The translations under genes and the position numbers were made by a program. Below, in pieces: positions 9,133 through 19,199 of a stretch of DNA of 64,000 nt; positions within the stretch are counted from its first letter, which is position 1; every line of letters begins with the position of its first letter. The DNA comes from Leptospiraceae bacterium (lineage in GTDB: Bacteria > Spirochaetota > Leptospiria > Leptospirales > Leptonemataceae): the NCBI GenBank assembly GCA_040217195.1, contig JAVJNR010000003.1:64001-128000 (forward strand), read 5' to 3'. The notes under the pieces were generated by a model. It saw nothing but the letters and a program-made list of their open reading frames with translations, did no database searches and was not told the origin of the DNA.

Positions 9133-10548
9133 TCAAGCAAGGAAAAATATTCGATCTTCCTGACCGAGAAAAGAAAGACAGGCCCGAACCGCAAACCCCT
9201 GCTTATCCACCAGAATGGGTAGATTTTCCCTGATCGGTGGAGGCAAAGATTCCTTCTGGAATAGAGTCTTAGTTTTACCGGTATGGATTTTATTCTCCTT
9301 TTGAAATCTGTAAGCGGTTACATCCCTTGCAGCCTTCACTTCCAGTTCCGACCGGTCGTAGATTCTTTCCCTACCCAGCCACAGCACCCTGAGCCTCTCA
9401 GTTCTGGAGTGATAATCTGTAGCTTGGGCCGCTCCATCCTGGAGCTGATTTTCGATCATAGATACAGGCTCATTCCAGATTTCTCCCTGCAACGGATAAA
9501 TCCATAAATCCGAGCCGGCCCACCATATCTCGCAGACCGGGTTTTGGACCCTGAGCCAATTTTCGCCTCTAATACCGGCCAGTCCTTCATGGATTTCATG
9601 AAGCATAGATCTAGATATCATATCCTGGCCCAGGTTCTTGAGCGCCAGCCTGATCAGTGTTGCCAGATCTGTTAATTCGAATCGTCCAAGTAATGTATTC
9701 GGTATACGGATAAATGGCTCCAGCTGAGAGCTCTTATTCCTGGGCTTCTTTTTTTTCGATTCAACAGTTCCCGGTGCACCATGATGCACGGACCACAGCG
9801 AAGCCGGGTTTAAACCCTGCTGTTTGAGCCCCGGGATAATTTCTGTCCGGATGAAATTTCGCTGAAACTGTGTGTCCAGATTCGTTTCGTCTGTTGCGAA
9901 AGGAATGGAGTGTTGTTCTAAAAGTTGCTCAATGTCCCATCGGTTCAATGGTAGTAGAGGTCGAATGACTTTCAGATATCCCAGGAAGCGTTTGCTCTTT
10001 CTCAAAGAAGACCAGATAGGAAGTTCGCTACTGGCTGGTAGAATATCCTTCAATTCCCTGCCAGAAGAGCGAATCCATCGCTGAAGGGCCGTTTCTGCAA
10101 AATCCACTCCATGATGACCGGTGCAGCATCCGCCGGATTGACTGAGTTTGCTGGCGCGAAAAAGATCTCTATAGCGAAGGAACCTTGCTGCAGCTTCCAG
10201 GTTCATTTTCATTCTTCGCGCAAAGCCGGCCACATCCTGGGCTTCCTGAAAAAAGCTCAAATCAAGCTGCCGGGCCGTCCGGGAAACCAGGTCTGCATCT
10301 TCATCTGCCTGCTGGCGCAGTCCATGATTGAAGTGAAACACAGACGGAGCAGGGAGACCCATTTGCCTGCACAGATCTGAAAGCAAATACAGGAGTAATT
10401 GCGAATCCGGCCCACCGGACGCGGCTACAACAAGACCATCCTTCATCTCCTGAATCAGCCAGGATTCCAGCGATTTCATAGATGAAGGGCTCCATTCGGT
10501 ATTGCTCCGAACCTGCCTCAGATATTCATTATAGAGCCCTTCGCTCAT
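9133..10548 (-). CDS. tilS: tRNA(Ile)-lysidine synthetase
   Basis: SGGPDS PP-loop, HFNHGLR, EAAARFLRY, IRPLL, DETN…RNFIR. Confidence 0.9.
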   Translation of the reverse strand: MSEGLYNEYLRQVRSNTEWSPSSMKSLESWLIQEMKDGLVVAASGGPDSQLLLYLLSDLCRQMGLPAPSVFHFNHGLRQQADEDADLVSRTARQLDLSFFQEAQDVAGFARRMKMNLEAAARFLRYRDLFRASKLSQSGGCCTGHHGVDFAETALQRWIRSSGRELKDILPASSELPIWSSLRKSKRFLGYLKVIRPLLPLNRWDIEQLLEQHSIPFATDETNLDTQFQRNFIRTEIIPGLKQQGLNPASLWSVHHGAPGTVESKKKKPRNKSSQLEPFIRIPNTLLGRFELTDLATLIRLALKNLGQDMISRSMLHEIHEGLAGIRGENWLRVQNPVCEIWWAGSDLWIYPLQGEIWNEPVSMIENQLQDGAAQATDYHSRTERLRVLWLGRERIYDRSELEVKAARDVTAYRFQKENKIHTGKTKTLFQKESLPPPIRENLPILVDKQGFAVRACLSFLGQEDRIFFLA

Positions 10549-10602
10549 TAAAACCAGAGTAAATCTACTTTCCTATCTGGCAAGGCGGCCAAGAATGGTA
10601 TC

Positions 10603-10878
10603 GTGGCTTTTTTCCAGAAAATCGGTCGCATGCTGCAGGAGGATTTTTCCCCTCCCTTTGATGGCTTCTTTTTCCTGAAGCTGCTGCTATACCTGGCCTT
10701 CTTCACGTTTTGCCTCCGTCTATTTGGCGGTGGTAGCTGTATAGATCAGGCTCCGGAAGGCAGGATCATTCTGGGCCCCACCAATTCAATTCCTGCTGCA
10801 TCATTGCAAAATGGCGTTGCTCTGGCCGATTTGGACTTCCCTGCTCTCCTGGAGAATTCCGGAGCTGGCCGCGGATGA
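10603..10878 (+). CDS. Small hypothetical membrane protein
   Basis: One hydrophobic segment; stop overlaps manA start (ATGA). Confidence 0.45.
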   Translation: MAFFQKIGRMLQEDFSPPFDGFFFLKLLLYLAFFTFCLRLFGGGSCIDQAPEGRIILGPTNSIPAASLQNGVALADLDFPALLENSGAGRG

Positions 10879-12083
10879 AGTCCGGTTCTACTTTCTATTC
10901 CATTTTCCCGGCCCTGAAGGATTACGCCTGGGGTTCGGTGGATCCGGAAGGAGCTATTGCCGACCTGCTGCGAAAGAATACCGGTGGTGAAATCCCGCCG
11001 GGGCCCTATGCAGAACTCTGGTACGGGGACCACCCTTCCGGTGCCTCCCTTCTTCCCGATGGCTCGCCATTGCCCGAGCAAATCCAGAAGGAGCCGCAGC
11101 ATATACTGGGACGCTTCGCAGCGGATGGTAAACTGCCTTTCCTGCTCAAAATTCTGGAGAGTCAGAGTCCTCTTTCGATACAGGCCCATCCGGACCGGGA
11201 GCTGGCCCGAACTTTACATGGAAAGGATCCGGATAATTACCCGGATGCAAATCATAAACCGGAAATAGCAATCTGCCTGCGACCTGGTTTTACTGCCATG
11301 GCCGGATTCAGGGATTTAAGCCAGATCCAGGAAAACATCAGAAGGCATCCGGAGTTAGAAGATGTGCTGCCGGGACTGCTGCAAAGCAATGGAAACGGAA
11401 GACAGGCTTTAAAGCAGGCTTTCGAACATCTGTACAGAATGCCTGCAGAGAAAATCGAAACCGTGGCCCGCAAACTGAATGAAAGGATCAAATCCGATGC
11501 CGGTCGTAATCCTTCTGATTCCTACTTTCTGAGATTCTGTCAGCTACATGGATTCCAGGATCCAGGATTGTTTTCTATTTTTCTGCTAAATCTGATGCAA
11601 TTCCAGCCCGGCCAATCGCTCTTTATGGGAGCCCGGGAGCCCCATGCCTATTTGCAGGGAGCTATTATAGAATGCATGGCCTGTTCGGACAATGTTGTGC
11701 GAGGCGGATTGACTCCCAAGTTTGTGGATGTGGATACTCTGGTGGATATGCTTCATTACAGAATGGGGCCGCCAGATACCATCCACCCGATCCAGAAGGA
11801 AAATGCTCGGATTTACCGGCCACCTGTGGAGGATTTTCAGGTATGGACCGTGGAAGCCTCGGATCAGAGTCTGGCGCTCAGCGATGATCTTTTCCCGGCC
11901 ATTGCACTATCTCTTTCGGGCACGGCCATCTTTCAAGCCAATGGTCAGGAATTTGAGCTATTACCCGGTCGAAGTGTGCTGCTGCCGGCCGGTCCCCTTT
12001 CCAGCGGAGTCAAATACTCCCTATCCTCTTCTCAGAAGGCCCAGGTGGTAATTGCAGGTCCCGGACAGCCAACAAATTTGTAG
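10875..12083 (+). CDS. manA: Mannose-6-phosphate isomerase, class I
   Basis: YAWGS, YAELWYGDHP, LSIQAHPD, YPDANHKPE, PHAYLQG, SDNVVRGGLTPK. Confidence 0.95.
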   Translation: MKSGSTFYSIFPALKDYAWGSVDPEGAIADLLRKNTGGEIPPGPYAELWYGDHPSGASLLPDGSPLPEQIQKEPQHILGRFAADGKLPFLLKILESQSPLSIQAHPDRELARTLHGKDPDNYPDANHKPEIAICLRPGFTAMAGFRDLSQIQENIRRHPELEDVLPGLLQSNGNGRQALKQAFEHLYRMPAEKIETVARKLNERIKSDAGRNPSDSYFLRFCQLHGFQDPGLFSIFLLNLMQFQPGQSLFMGAREPHAYLQGAIIECMACSDNVVRGGLTPKFVDVDTLVDMLHYRMGPPDTIHPIQKENARIYRPPVEDFQVWTVEASDQSLALSDDLFPAIALSLSGTAIFQANGQEFELLPGRSVLLPAGPLSSGVKYSLSSSQKAQVVIAGPGQPTNL

Positions 12084-12204
12084 TACTTACGGGATTTTAT
12101 CTTGACACACCATGTGACATAATCCAGTTACAGGGGACAGAAAGAGGCTGTGCAAAGGCTCCAGAACTCACTACCCTTTGCCAATAACGCCCCAAAGGAA
12201 TGGT

Positions 12205-13353
12205 ATGGCTCTGGCAGGAATTTATAGAACAGAAAAGAAGCCTGGTCCCATAGAGGCCCAGCGCCCGGCATTAAGCAAGGAAGAATTGGAATCCGTGCTG
12301 GATTGTCTGATTCAGGATCGTCTTGGATCGGGTTCCATATGCGAACGATTTGAGAAATCTTTTGCTCAAGTTGCATCCTACAAACATACCCTGGCCGTTA
12401 ACTCATTAACCGCTGCCTATCACCTGGCATTTCTGGCTCTGGAAATTGGTCCGGACGATGAAGTATGGATGAGTGCGTTGTCCTCTATATCCGCCCTGGA
12501 TGCATGTCGCTATGTTGGAGCCACACCCAGACTGCTGGATCCTGCACGAAGCTCCTTTCATGTTGAGCAGGACAGTATTGAAAAATTACTTGGCTCGGAT
12601 CAAAAAGAGGCTCCGGTATCGGAAGATCCCGGCTTTCGCATAGACCAGGAAAAGAAGGACTTGAAGCGAGTCTATTTGCTGGATCATACCTATGGCAGTC
12701 GTAGTCCTCTGAATGTTGCCTGGCTGAAAGAACAGGGATTCCTGCTAGTCGAAGATTTCACTGGAATGCCCGGTGCCGATGCAGAAGGATCCTACACAGG
12801 TCAGACCGGAGATGTGGCCGTTTGCGGACTCTCCGAATATGACCTGGTGACCACCGGAAACGGTGCTATGGTTGTAACTTCTGAACCCAGAATCCAGAAG
12901 AAGATGCTTAGCTTGCGATACGGAAATAAAAGGGATCGTAAAGCTACTGCCTATGACTACCGTCTCGAGGATTTCCAGGCTGCCATGGGCTTAATTCAAT
13001 TGAATCGATTGGGACTAACTCTTTCCCGTCGAAGAAAGATTGGAGAGAAGTATCTGCAAACCCTTCGCCAGACCAAACATGAAAGTTATTTCAAAGAAAC
13101 TGGAGTGGATTGCTACCATATATTTCCGGTTGTTGTGGCTAAAACCCACGATGAAGTGGAACGTTACTACAATTCACTTCAGATTGGAATTACCCGAGTT
13201 CCGGAACCTCTTCATCATTTCCTGGATCTACCCAGACTGGAATTTCCCAACGCAGAACGAATCTACCAGAAAGCTATTTGCGTGCCAGTCTACCCGGCTC
13301 TAACAGCGAACAATGTTGAGAGAATTTCCAGTTCTTTGCGGGGTATGCTCTAG
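12205..13353 (+). CDS. DegT/DnrJ/EryC1/StrS-family protein lacking the PLP-binding Lys
   Basis: AVNSLTAAYHLAFLAL, YDYRLEDFQAAMGLIQL and PVYPAL fit the family; Lys position reads GLSEYDLVTTG. Confidence 0.8.
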   Translation: MALAGIYRTEKKPGPIEAQRPALSKEELESVLDCLIQDRLGSGSICERFEKSFAQVASYKHTLAVNSLTAAYHLAFLALEIGPDDEVWMSALSSISALDACRYVGATPRLLDPARSSFHVEQDSIEKLLGSDQKEAPVSEDPGFRIDQEKKDLKRVYLLDHTYGSRSPLNVAWLKEQGFLLVEDFTGMPGADAEGSYTGQTGDVAVCGLSEYDLVTTGNGAMVVTSEPRIQKKMLSLRYGNKRDRKATAYDYRLEDFQAAMGLIQLNRLGLTLSRRRKIGEKYLQTLRQTKHESYFKETGVDCYHIFPVVVAKTHDEVERYYNSLQIGITRVPEPLHHFLDLPRLEFPNAERIYQKAICVPVYPALTANNVERISSSLRGML

Positions 13354-13375
13354 ATTGAATTTCTCAAGATTCGGC

Positions 13376-13936
13376 ATGAAACGTCCAGGCATCATTCTAA
13401 TTGCTCTTGTGCTGGCCAGTTTTGCTGCCTATGCCGAACAACCATCCAGCAAAGACGGTCCGGAGATGCGCGAGTATGCAGCCCGGGCTGAAATCACTCT
13501 GGGCGATGACCGGGTGGTCTCTGGAAAAAGCAAATTCACAGCTCCTGAATCCTTTATTTTTCAACATAATCGGGAGGGTGTACAATACGAAAAGACCATC
13601 CATGCCCGGGATGTTCGAGCCCTTCATTTCCAGAAATGGGAACCTCAAAAAGTGGGCGAAAACAAACAGGGTGATGTATATCGATTCCAGGTAACCTCCT
13701 TTCGCATAGAACTCAAGGATGGGTACACATTGCAGGTGAATAATGGATTACCCAACTTCTGGGAGAGCTTCTATGTGGAAAATGACAATGGCCGGGTCAG
13801 ATTCTTCACCTACTGGATGGATCTATATAAAAAAGAAGATGGAAGCTGGTACACCGGAATGGAAGGTCCGCCCAGCGGAGTCAGATCCTTTCCACATAAA
13901 GATGTGATTCGAAAGATCGAATTTCACGTTGATTGA
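13376..13936 (+). CDS. Hypothetical exported protein
   Basis: Signal peptide MKRPGIILIALVLASFAAYA; beta-rich mature region. Confidence 0.7.
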   Translation: MKRPGIILIALVLASFAAYAEQPSSKDGPEMREYAARAEITLGDDRVVSGKSKFTAPESFIFQHNREGVQYEKTIHARDVRALHFQKWEPQKVGENKQGDVYRFQVTSFRIELKDGYTLQVNNGLPNFWESFYVENDNGRVRFFTYWMDLYKKEDGSWYTGMEGPPSGVRSFPHKDVIRKIEFHVD

Positions 13937-14071
13937 TTTTTTCCCTCCAGAATCCAGTTTATTGTACTTGTAAAACCCTGGAACTTGCCGTCCAAATAAT
14001 GGAGCACCGGCAGAATCCTAACTTCTACAGCTTTCTACGGCCCGGAGCCATATCCATCCCGAGGAACTACA

Positions 14072-14920
14072 ATGGATTTTCAATTATCTGAATGGATTCA
14101 GAGATTCGCAATTGTCTATGGCATTCTAACAATTCGATATACAATCATTGCCGGACTGGCCTTTTTAATTATCTGGAAATTACTGTCCGGACGGCTGGCC
14201 CACCGATATATCCAGCCAGACCGAAAACCTGACCGGGCCAATATCTGGCATGAAATCAAATATTCATTCCTGACATTCATTGTATTTGGGCTGGTTGGCA
14301 TCTTCATGTTCGAAGCCAGTCGAAATGGCTGGACCAGGATCTATCGTGACATTGGCGATTACGGCTGGGCCTATTTCCTATTTTCCATACTGGGTACAAT
14401 CATCCTGCACGATGCCTACTTCTACTGGACCCATCGATTCATGCACTGGAAGAGGATCTTCAAACATGTGCATCTGGTGCATCATCGATCCACCAACCCT
14501 ACTCCCTGGGCAGCCTTTAGCTTTCATCCGCTGGAAGCAGTCATTGAGGCGGGCATTGTACCTCTGGTGGCCTTTCTTTATCCCGTACACCCTCTTGCAT
14601 TGATGCTCTTTCTGCTTTACATGACCTTTTTAAACGTTCTGGGACACCTGGGATATGAACTATTCCCCTCTGGATTCACCAGAAGAAAGCTAACCTTCTG
14701 GCACAACACCTCCACGCATCATAATATGCATCATAAGTATTTCAGCTGTAACTACGGTCTTTACTTCAACTGGTGGGATCGCTGGATGAATACAAACCAT
14801 ATTCAATACGATGAACAATTTGAAGCCCGAGCTGGAGCTTCCGCTGCGACGTTACCGGTCAAACTGGAACCGGACATTACAGATGCTGGCCGGAGCGATC
14901 CTGAAACTCTTGCATCTTGA
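14072..14920 (+). CDS. Sterol desaturase / fatty-acid hydroxylase family protein
   Basis: His boxes HRFMH, HLVHH and HHNMHH; NYGLYFNWWDR; GAGGA RBS. Confidence 0.92.
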   Translation: MDFQLSEWIQRFAIVYGILTIRYTIIAGLAFLIIWKLLSGRLAHRYIQPDRKPDRANIWHEIKYSFLTFIVFGLVGIFMFEASRNGWTRIYRDIGDYGWAYFLFSILGTIILHDAYFYWTHRFMHWKRIFKHVHLVHHRSTNPTPWAAFSFHPLEAVIEAGIVPLVAFLYPVHPLALMLFLLYMTFLNVLGHLGYELFPSGFTRRKLTFWHNTSTHHNMHHKYFSCNYGLYFNWWDRWMNTNHIQYDEQFEARAGASAATLPVKLEPDITDAGRSDPETLAS

Positions 14921-15014
14921 AATTGGGATTTCATTCGCTCATCGGATTTCGCCTGATTGTAGATGCGCGGCCCAAATACAGTATAGTTCCATTTGTGCAG
15001 AAAGCCCTGCTGAT

Positions 15015-15731
15015 TCAGACCTGTAAAAGGGGTGGATTTCGTCTGGCCTTACCAAAGGAGCCGCTGCGAATAAATTCCATGATTTGTGGGCTTAATCGGT
15101 GAAAGTTTGCATAAATGGAATCGTGATGATACGGCACGTAGATATGATCCTGAATCGATGTTTGCATGGACTCAGGCTGCCAGTGAATCGGTCCCATACG
15201 TCTGCACTGGCCGGCAAAGACTTTTAGAATCAAAGTACGCTTCTGCTCGATAACCAGTCCCGGCTTTATAGCTCCGTGAAGATCTTTTGATAGATCTGGA
15301 TAGCTTTCCTTTGCCAGCTGAAATACAAAGTCTCCCAGAAGTAGCCTTGCGATGAATGGAATTCGTGTAGTAACAATGGCCGGAGCTCTTTCCTGATATG
15401 GGCTTCTGTCCAGAATCACACTAGATGGTTTCAAATTCGAGGACCGCAACCATCTGCGAAGCACATAGGCGCCGGCGATAAAACAGAAAACATGTAATCG
15501 CTGATATTTGAAAAGTTCATTTCTGGCATAGTAGTCTTGCAGGAATTTCACTGAATCATCGAGGCCAGATTTCTGTATGTAGTCCGGAACAAATAGATCC
15601 ACCTCTGCAGTATGAAAAAAATGCTGCATGGCCTTGCGACCGGAAGGACCATAACCGATGCCAGGTAGCACGAGCAGCGCATCAGAGTTATTATTTCTTA
15701 ACTCCAGTGACTTTGCAGGAAAAAGACCCAT
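15015..15731 (-). CDS. Alpha/beta-hydrolase-fold-like hypothetical protein
   Basis: LLVLPGIGYG oxyanion-like strand, HVFCFIAGA at the elbow position, C-terminal YHHD. Confidence 0.5.
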   Translation of the reverse strand: MGLFPAKSLELRNNNSDALLVLPGIGYGPSGRKAMQHFFHTAEVDLFVPDYIQKSGLDDSVKFLQDYYARNELFKYQRLHVFCFIAGAYVLRRWLRSSNLKPSSVILDRSPYQERAPAIVTTRIPFIARLLLGDFVFQLAKESYPDLSKDLHGAIKPGLVIEQKRTLILKVFAGQCRRMGPIHWQPESMQTSIQDHIYVPYHHDSIYANFHRLSPQIMEFIRSGSFGKARRNPPLLQV

Positions 15732-15769
15732 TTTTATATTGACCCATCCTTCATCTAAAGCAAAGTAAA

Positions 15770-16405
15770 GTGGTGGCAAGCATTTATCAGTTAAAGTCTC
15801 GTTTTCAAGATATACTTCGTCCGCTCTGCAGATTTCTGGCTCGCATAGGAATTACGGCCAACCAGATTACCGTTCTGGCATTGTTGCTTTCTCTTTTCTT
15901 TGGCGCCTACATGGCCTTTCGCTTTCTGTATTATCCAGAGCATAAATGGTTTCTGCTTGGCTTACCTGCACTGCTATTTATCAGAATGGCCCTTAATGCA
16001 ATCGATGGAATGCTTGCCAGAGAGCATAACATGAAAAGCCATCTGGGAGCCTTCCTGAATGAACTGGGAGATGTACTTTCCGATGCTTTCCTGTATTTAC
16101 CATTTGCGATCTACGGAATCCAGAATGGAATCCCGGAGCCATTCATTGTTCTAAGCGTCGTTGCCTTTGTTAAGTTTGCCATCATCACAGAATTCATGGG
16201 CGTTCTATCTCAGGCCACGGGAGCCAGCCGTCGCTACGATGGGCCGATGGGAAAATCCGATAGAGCTTTCTGGTGCAGTGTTCTGGCAATTTATCTGGCA
16301 TTCGGCGGCCCGGATAGGCCATATATTGAAATTTTCTTTGCACTTCTTGCAGCCCTGGCCCTTCTAACGGTTGTGGTTCGAGCCCGGAAGGCGTTGAAAG
16401 AATGA
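15770..16405 (+). CDS. CDP-alcohol phosphatidyltransferase (YnbA-like)
   Basis: SIYQLKSRFQ, RMALNAIDGMLARE, GAFLNELGDVLSD, RRYDGPMGKSDRA. Confidence 0.88.
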   Translation: MVASIYQLKSRFQDILRPLCRFLARIGITANQITVLALLLSLFFGAYMAFRFLYYPEHKWFLLGLPALLFIRMALNAIDGMLAREHNMKSHLGAFLNELGDVLSDAFLYLPFAIYGIQNGIPEPFIVLSVVAFVKFAIITEFMGVLSQATGASRRYDGPMGKSDRAFWCSVLAIYLAFGGPDRPYIEIFFALLAALALLTVVVRARKALKE

Positions 16406-17349
16406 AATGGACATTTAACACTCTAACCCCAAACGTTCTGTATACCTTTGGAGGCATCCTGGCCGGACTGATTCTGGCCTCGATTATTGCATTTGCGCTT
16501 ACTCGAATAAAGAAGGAAAGCGACTTCACTGAGCTGAACCTTCGCATTCGCACCTGGTGGCTTCTGGTGGGCCTTATTGCAGCAGTATTACTGAGCACCG
16601 TTGAACTGAGTATTCTATTTTTCGCTTTGATAAGCGTGCTGGCCTTGTATGAGTTCCTTTCGCTCATAGAGCTGCGAAAGCCCGACAGAAAAATTCTCTG
16701 GGTACCATTTCTGGTAATTCCCATTCAGTATTTCTGGATCTACGAGCAATGGTATGGAATGTTCATAGTTTTTATACCGGTCTATGCATTCCTTTTCTTT
16801 CCTCTGGCCATGGTTAGCATTGGGGAGACCAGCGGATTCTTGAAAGCAGTGGGCACATTACAGTGGGGACTGATGACCTGTGTATTTTCCATCAGCCATG
16901 GAGCCTATTTGATGGTATTGCCCCAGGAAACGAATCCTGCAGGCGGTGGCCCCGGACTGGTGCTATTTCTGTTGCTTTTGACCCAGTCCAATGATGTGGC
17001 CCAGTATATCTGGGGAAAGCTACTCGGTCGTCATCCCATAACTCCAAAGGTAAGTCCCAAAAAGACCGTCGAAGGATTTATAGGTGGTCTGTTTACTACA
17101 ACAGTACTCTCCTATTTCCTGGCACCCTGGCTCACCCCACTGGATCTATACCAATCCCTGGGAGCTGGACTTTTAATTGGCTTTTCCGGTTTTGTAGGAG
17201 ATGTCACTCTTTCTGCAGTAAAAAGAGATATCAAAGTCAAAGATAGTGGCTCTATGCTACCCGGCCATGGAGGAATCCTGGACCGGATTGATTCTCTTAC
17301 CTTTACGGCCCCGCTGTTCTTCCATTTCATCTACTACTTTTGCTATTAG
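16402..17349 (+). CDS. Phosphatidate cytidylyltransferase (YnbB/CdsA family)
   Basis: NDVAQYIWGK, SPKKTVEG, KRDIKVKDSG…PGHGGILDRIDS; ATGA coupling with the upstream gene. Confidence 0.92.
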   Translation: MKWTFNTLTPNVLYTFGGILAGLILASIIAFALTRIKKESDFTELNLRIRTWWLLVGLIAAVLLSTVELSILFFALISVLALYEFLSLIELRKPDRKILWVPFLVIPIQYFWIYEQWYGMFIVFIPVYAFLFFPLAMVSIGETSGFLKAVGTLQWGLMTCVFSISHGAYLMVLPQETNPAGGGPGLVLFLLLLTQSNDVAQYIWGKLLGRHPITPKVSPKKTVEGFIGGLFTTTVLSYFLAPWLTPLDLYQSLGAGLLIGFSGFVGDVTLSAVKRDIKVKDSGSMLPGHGGILDRIDSLTFTAPLFFHFIYYFCY

Positions 17350-17572
17350 ATGCCTGGCATACAGATGCGAATACAGAGCAAACAATTGAAAGCCGAGATT
17401 GAATCGGAATCGCAGACAACCTGGAAAAGATATGCCCGTGTTCGCAAGAATCTATGCGATCTCTGGGGATCGCAACATTTGTAAAACAGATCCAGCTTGA
17501 CTGGAAACAAGCCAGGGACAAAGCCAAATACGTTTTGAGTAATCTAAGGCCGCCTAAATTCACCGGGAAGTA

Positions 17573-18685
17573 TTAACTGAAGAAATCCTTAACCACAGTC
17601 ACTACTTCAGCCAGCTCTTCTTCTTTCATGTAAGGAAATAAGGGTAGATTCAAAACGCTCTTACAAAGCCTCTCCGCAGTTTCGCCCCCTACTCTGGCTT
17701 TTAAGAAACCTGGCGATGCTTCCTGTGCAGACATTGGGCCTGGATATACGATACCAAAGCCAATTCCTTTTTCCTTCAGTAGAGCTTCCAGAGTGGGTCT
17801 TTTTTCTTGATCTACGATCAGAACATTGAGGTAGCCATTCTCTACATACCCGGAAGGGGCTTCCACCACTCGAATGGGTAGATTGGCCAATTCTTTGCGA
17901 TAATATTCGGCCGATTTTCTTCGACTTTCCAGCCTGGCCTTCAAATGCGGATGGCTTACGTTCAGATAGGCCGCCTGCAAAGAGTCCATACGCGAGTTCC
18001 AGCCCACCAGTCCATAGGAGTAATGGGTGGTTCTTCCGTGGTTTTCCAGACTGCGGACTCGATGGGCCAGTTCATCATCGGAAGTTAGAACTGCTCCTGC
18101 ATCTCCTGCAGCACCAAAAACCTTCGCAGGATAAAAGCTAATGGTGGATAGCTGTGCCCCCTGGTAGATGGACTCACCATTATAAGTTACTCCGTAGGAT
18201 TGAGCTCCATCCTCAATAAGTGCAATTCCCTTTTCTCGGGCAAAGTTACGAAAATCCTGGATTCTGCCAGAGCCCCAGCCGTACAGATGCACCAGAATGG
18301 CAGCCCTGGGTTTATGCTCTTCGCAGGCCTTGCAGAATAGATCAAAGTCAAGCTGAAGATCTTCAGCAGACACATCTACCGTGATTGGATCACCGCCGAC
18401 GTTCACTACTGCTTCAAAGGTAGCCCAGAAAGTGAGGTCCGGCAAAAGGACCGAATCTCCCCGACCCACACCAGCAGCTCGAAGAGCCAGCTGCAATGCA
18501 TCGGTGCCATTGCCACAACCAATAGCATGCGAAACACCACATTCCTGTTTTAGAGTAGCTTCCAGGCTTTCGATCTCCGGACCTCCCATGAAGCGAGTAT
18601 TCACTGAGAGATCAGCCACTTTCGCATTCCAGGTATCCTGAAAACCATCTTCAAATCGTTTTAGTTCTATAAAAGGTACAGACAT
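17573..18685 (-). CDS. DegT/DnrJ/EryC1/StrS PLP-dependent sugar aminotransferase
   Basis: GNGTDAL, VHLYG, EDGAQS, SFYPAK (intact Lys), NSRMDSLQAA. Confidence 0.92.
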   Translation of the reverse strand: MSVPFIELKRFEDGFQDTWNAKVADLSVNTRFMGGPEIESLEATLKQECGVSHAIGCGNGTDALQLALRAAGVGRGDSVLLPDLTFWATFEAVVNVGGDPITVDVSAEDLQLDFDLFCKACEEHKPRAAILVHLYGWGSGRIQDFRNFAREKGIALIEDGAQSYGVTYNGESIYQGAQLSTISFYPAKVFGAAGDAGAVLTSDDELAHRVRSLENHGRTTHYSYGLVGWNSRMDSLQAAYLNVSHPHLKARLESRRKSAEYYRKELANLPIRVVEAPSGYVENGYLNVLIVDQEKRPTLEALLKEKGIGFGIVYPGPMSAQEASPGFLKARVGGETAERLCKSVLNLPLFPYMKEEELAEVVTVVKDFFS

Positions 18686-18700
18686 GTACGCCGCCGCAGG

Positions 18701-19084
18701 TTAGTTAGAAAGGTCAGACTCGGTTGCTTCCAGAGCCTCTTCCAGAGTCGGGTAGAGCTTCAGTTCGGGGGGTAAATCCATCAAGCCAAAAACCTTTCGG
18801 AGAAAATTATGAAGTCCACCAATAACAAGTCGCCCGCCATTCTCGCGGGCCCGGTAATGAATCGAAAACAGGATGGCAACCCCGGTGGAATTGATATAGT
18901 CCAACTCGGAAAGATCAAAGATCATTATCTGGCTTGAGTTAGCCAGGAGCTTGTAGAACTTACGATTAAACTCCTGGGAATTGGAATTGGTAATACGTCC
19001 TTCAAGTTTCACCACGCGAATGGAAGATGAATTCAATTCTTTCTCTTCCACCCGTACTTTGAGTTCCGGGAACTCAAGCTCCAT
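18701..19084 (-). CDS. STAS-domain anti-sigma-factor antagonist
   Basis: FDLSELDYINSTGV with phosphorylatable Ser; AGGAG RBS before ATG 19084. Confidence 0.88.
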   Translation of the reverse strand: MELEFPELKVRVEEKELNSSSIRVVKLEGRITNSNSQEFNRKFYKLLANSSQIMIFDLSELDYINSTGVAILFSIHYRARENGGRLVIGGLHNFLRKVFGLMDLPPELKLYPTLEEALEATESDLSN

Positions 19085-19199
19085 ACTGGACTCCTGTATC
19101 ATTTGACTGATTGGACGAAGAAATCATGGCGAATTACTCCCGAGGGTAAAAAAACCTGCCAATTCCAGGCAGAATATGCCATGCCGTAAGTCATAGGGT

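Noticed and set aside
12102..12130. TTGACA promoter upstream of the DegT-like gene
   Set aside because: No convincing -10 hexamer at 16-18 bp spacing
17350..17484. 44-aa ORF starting immediately after the ynbB-like stop
   Set aside because: No RBS or recognisable motif; compatible with chance
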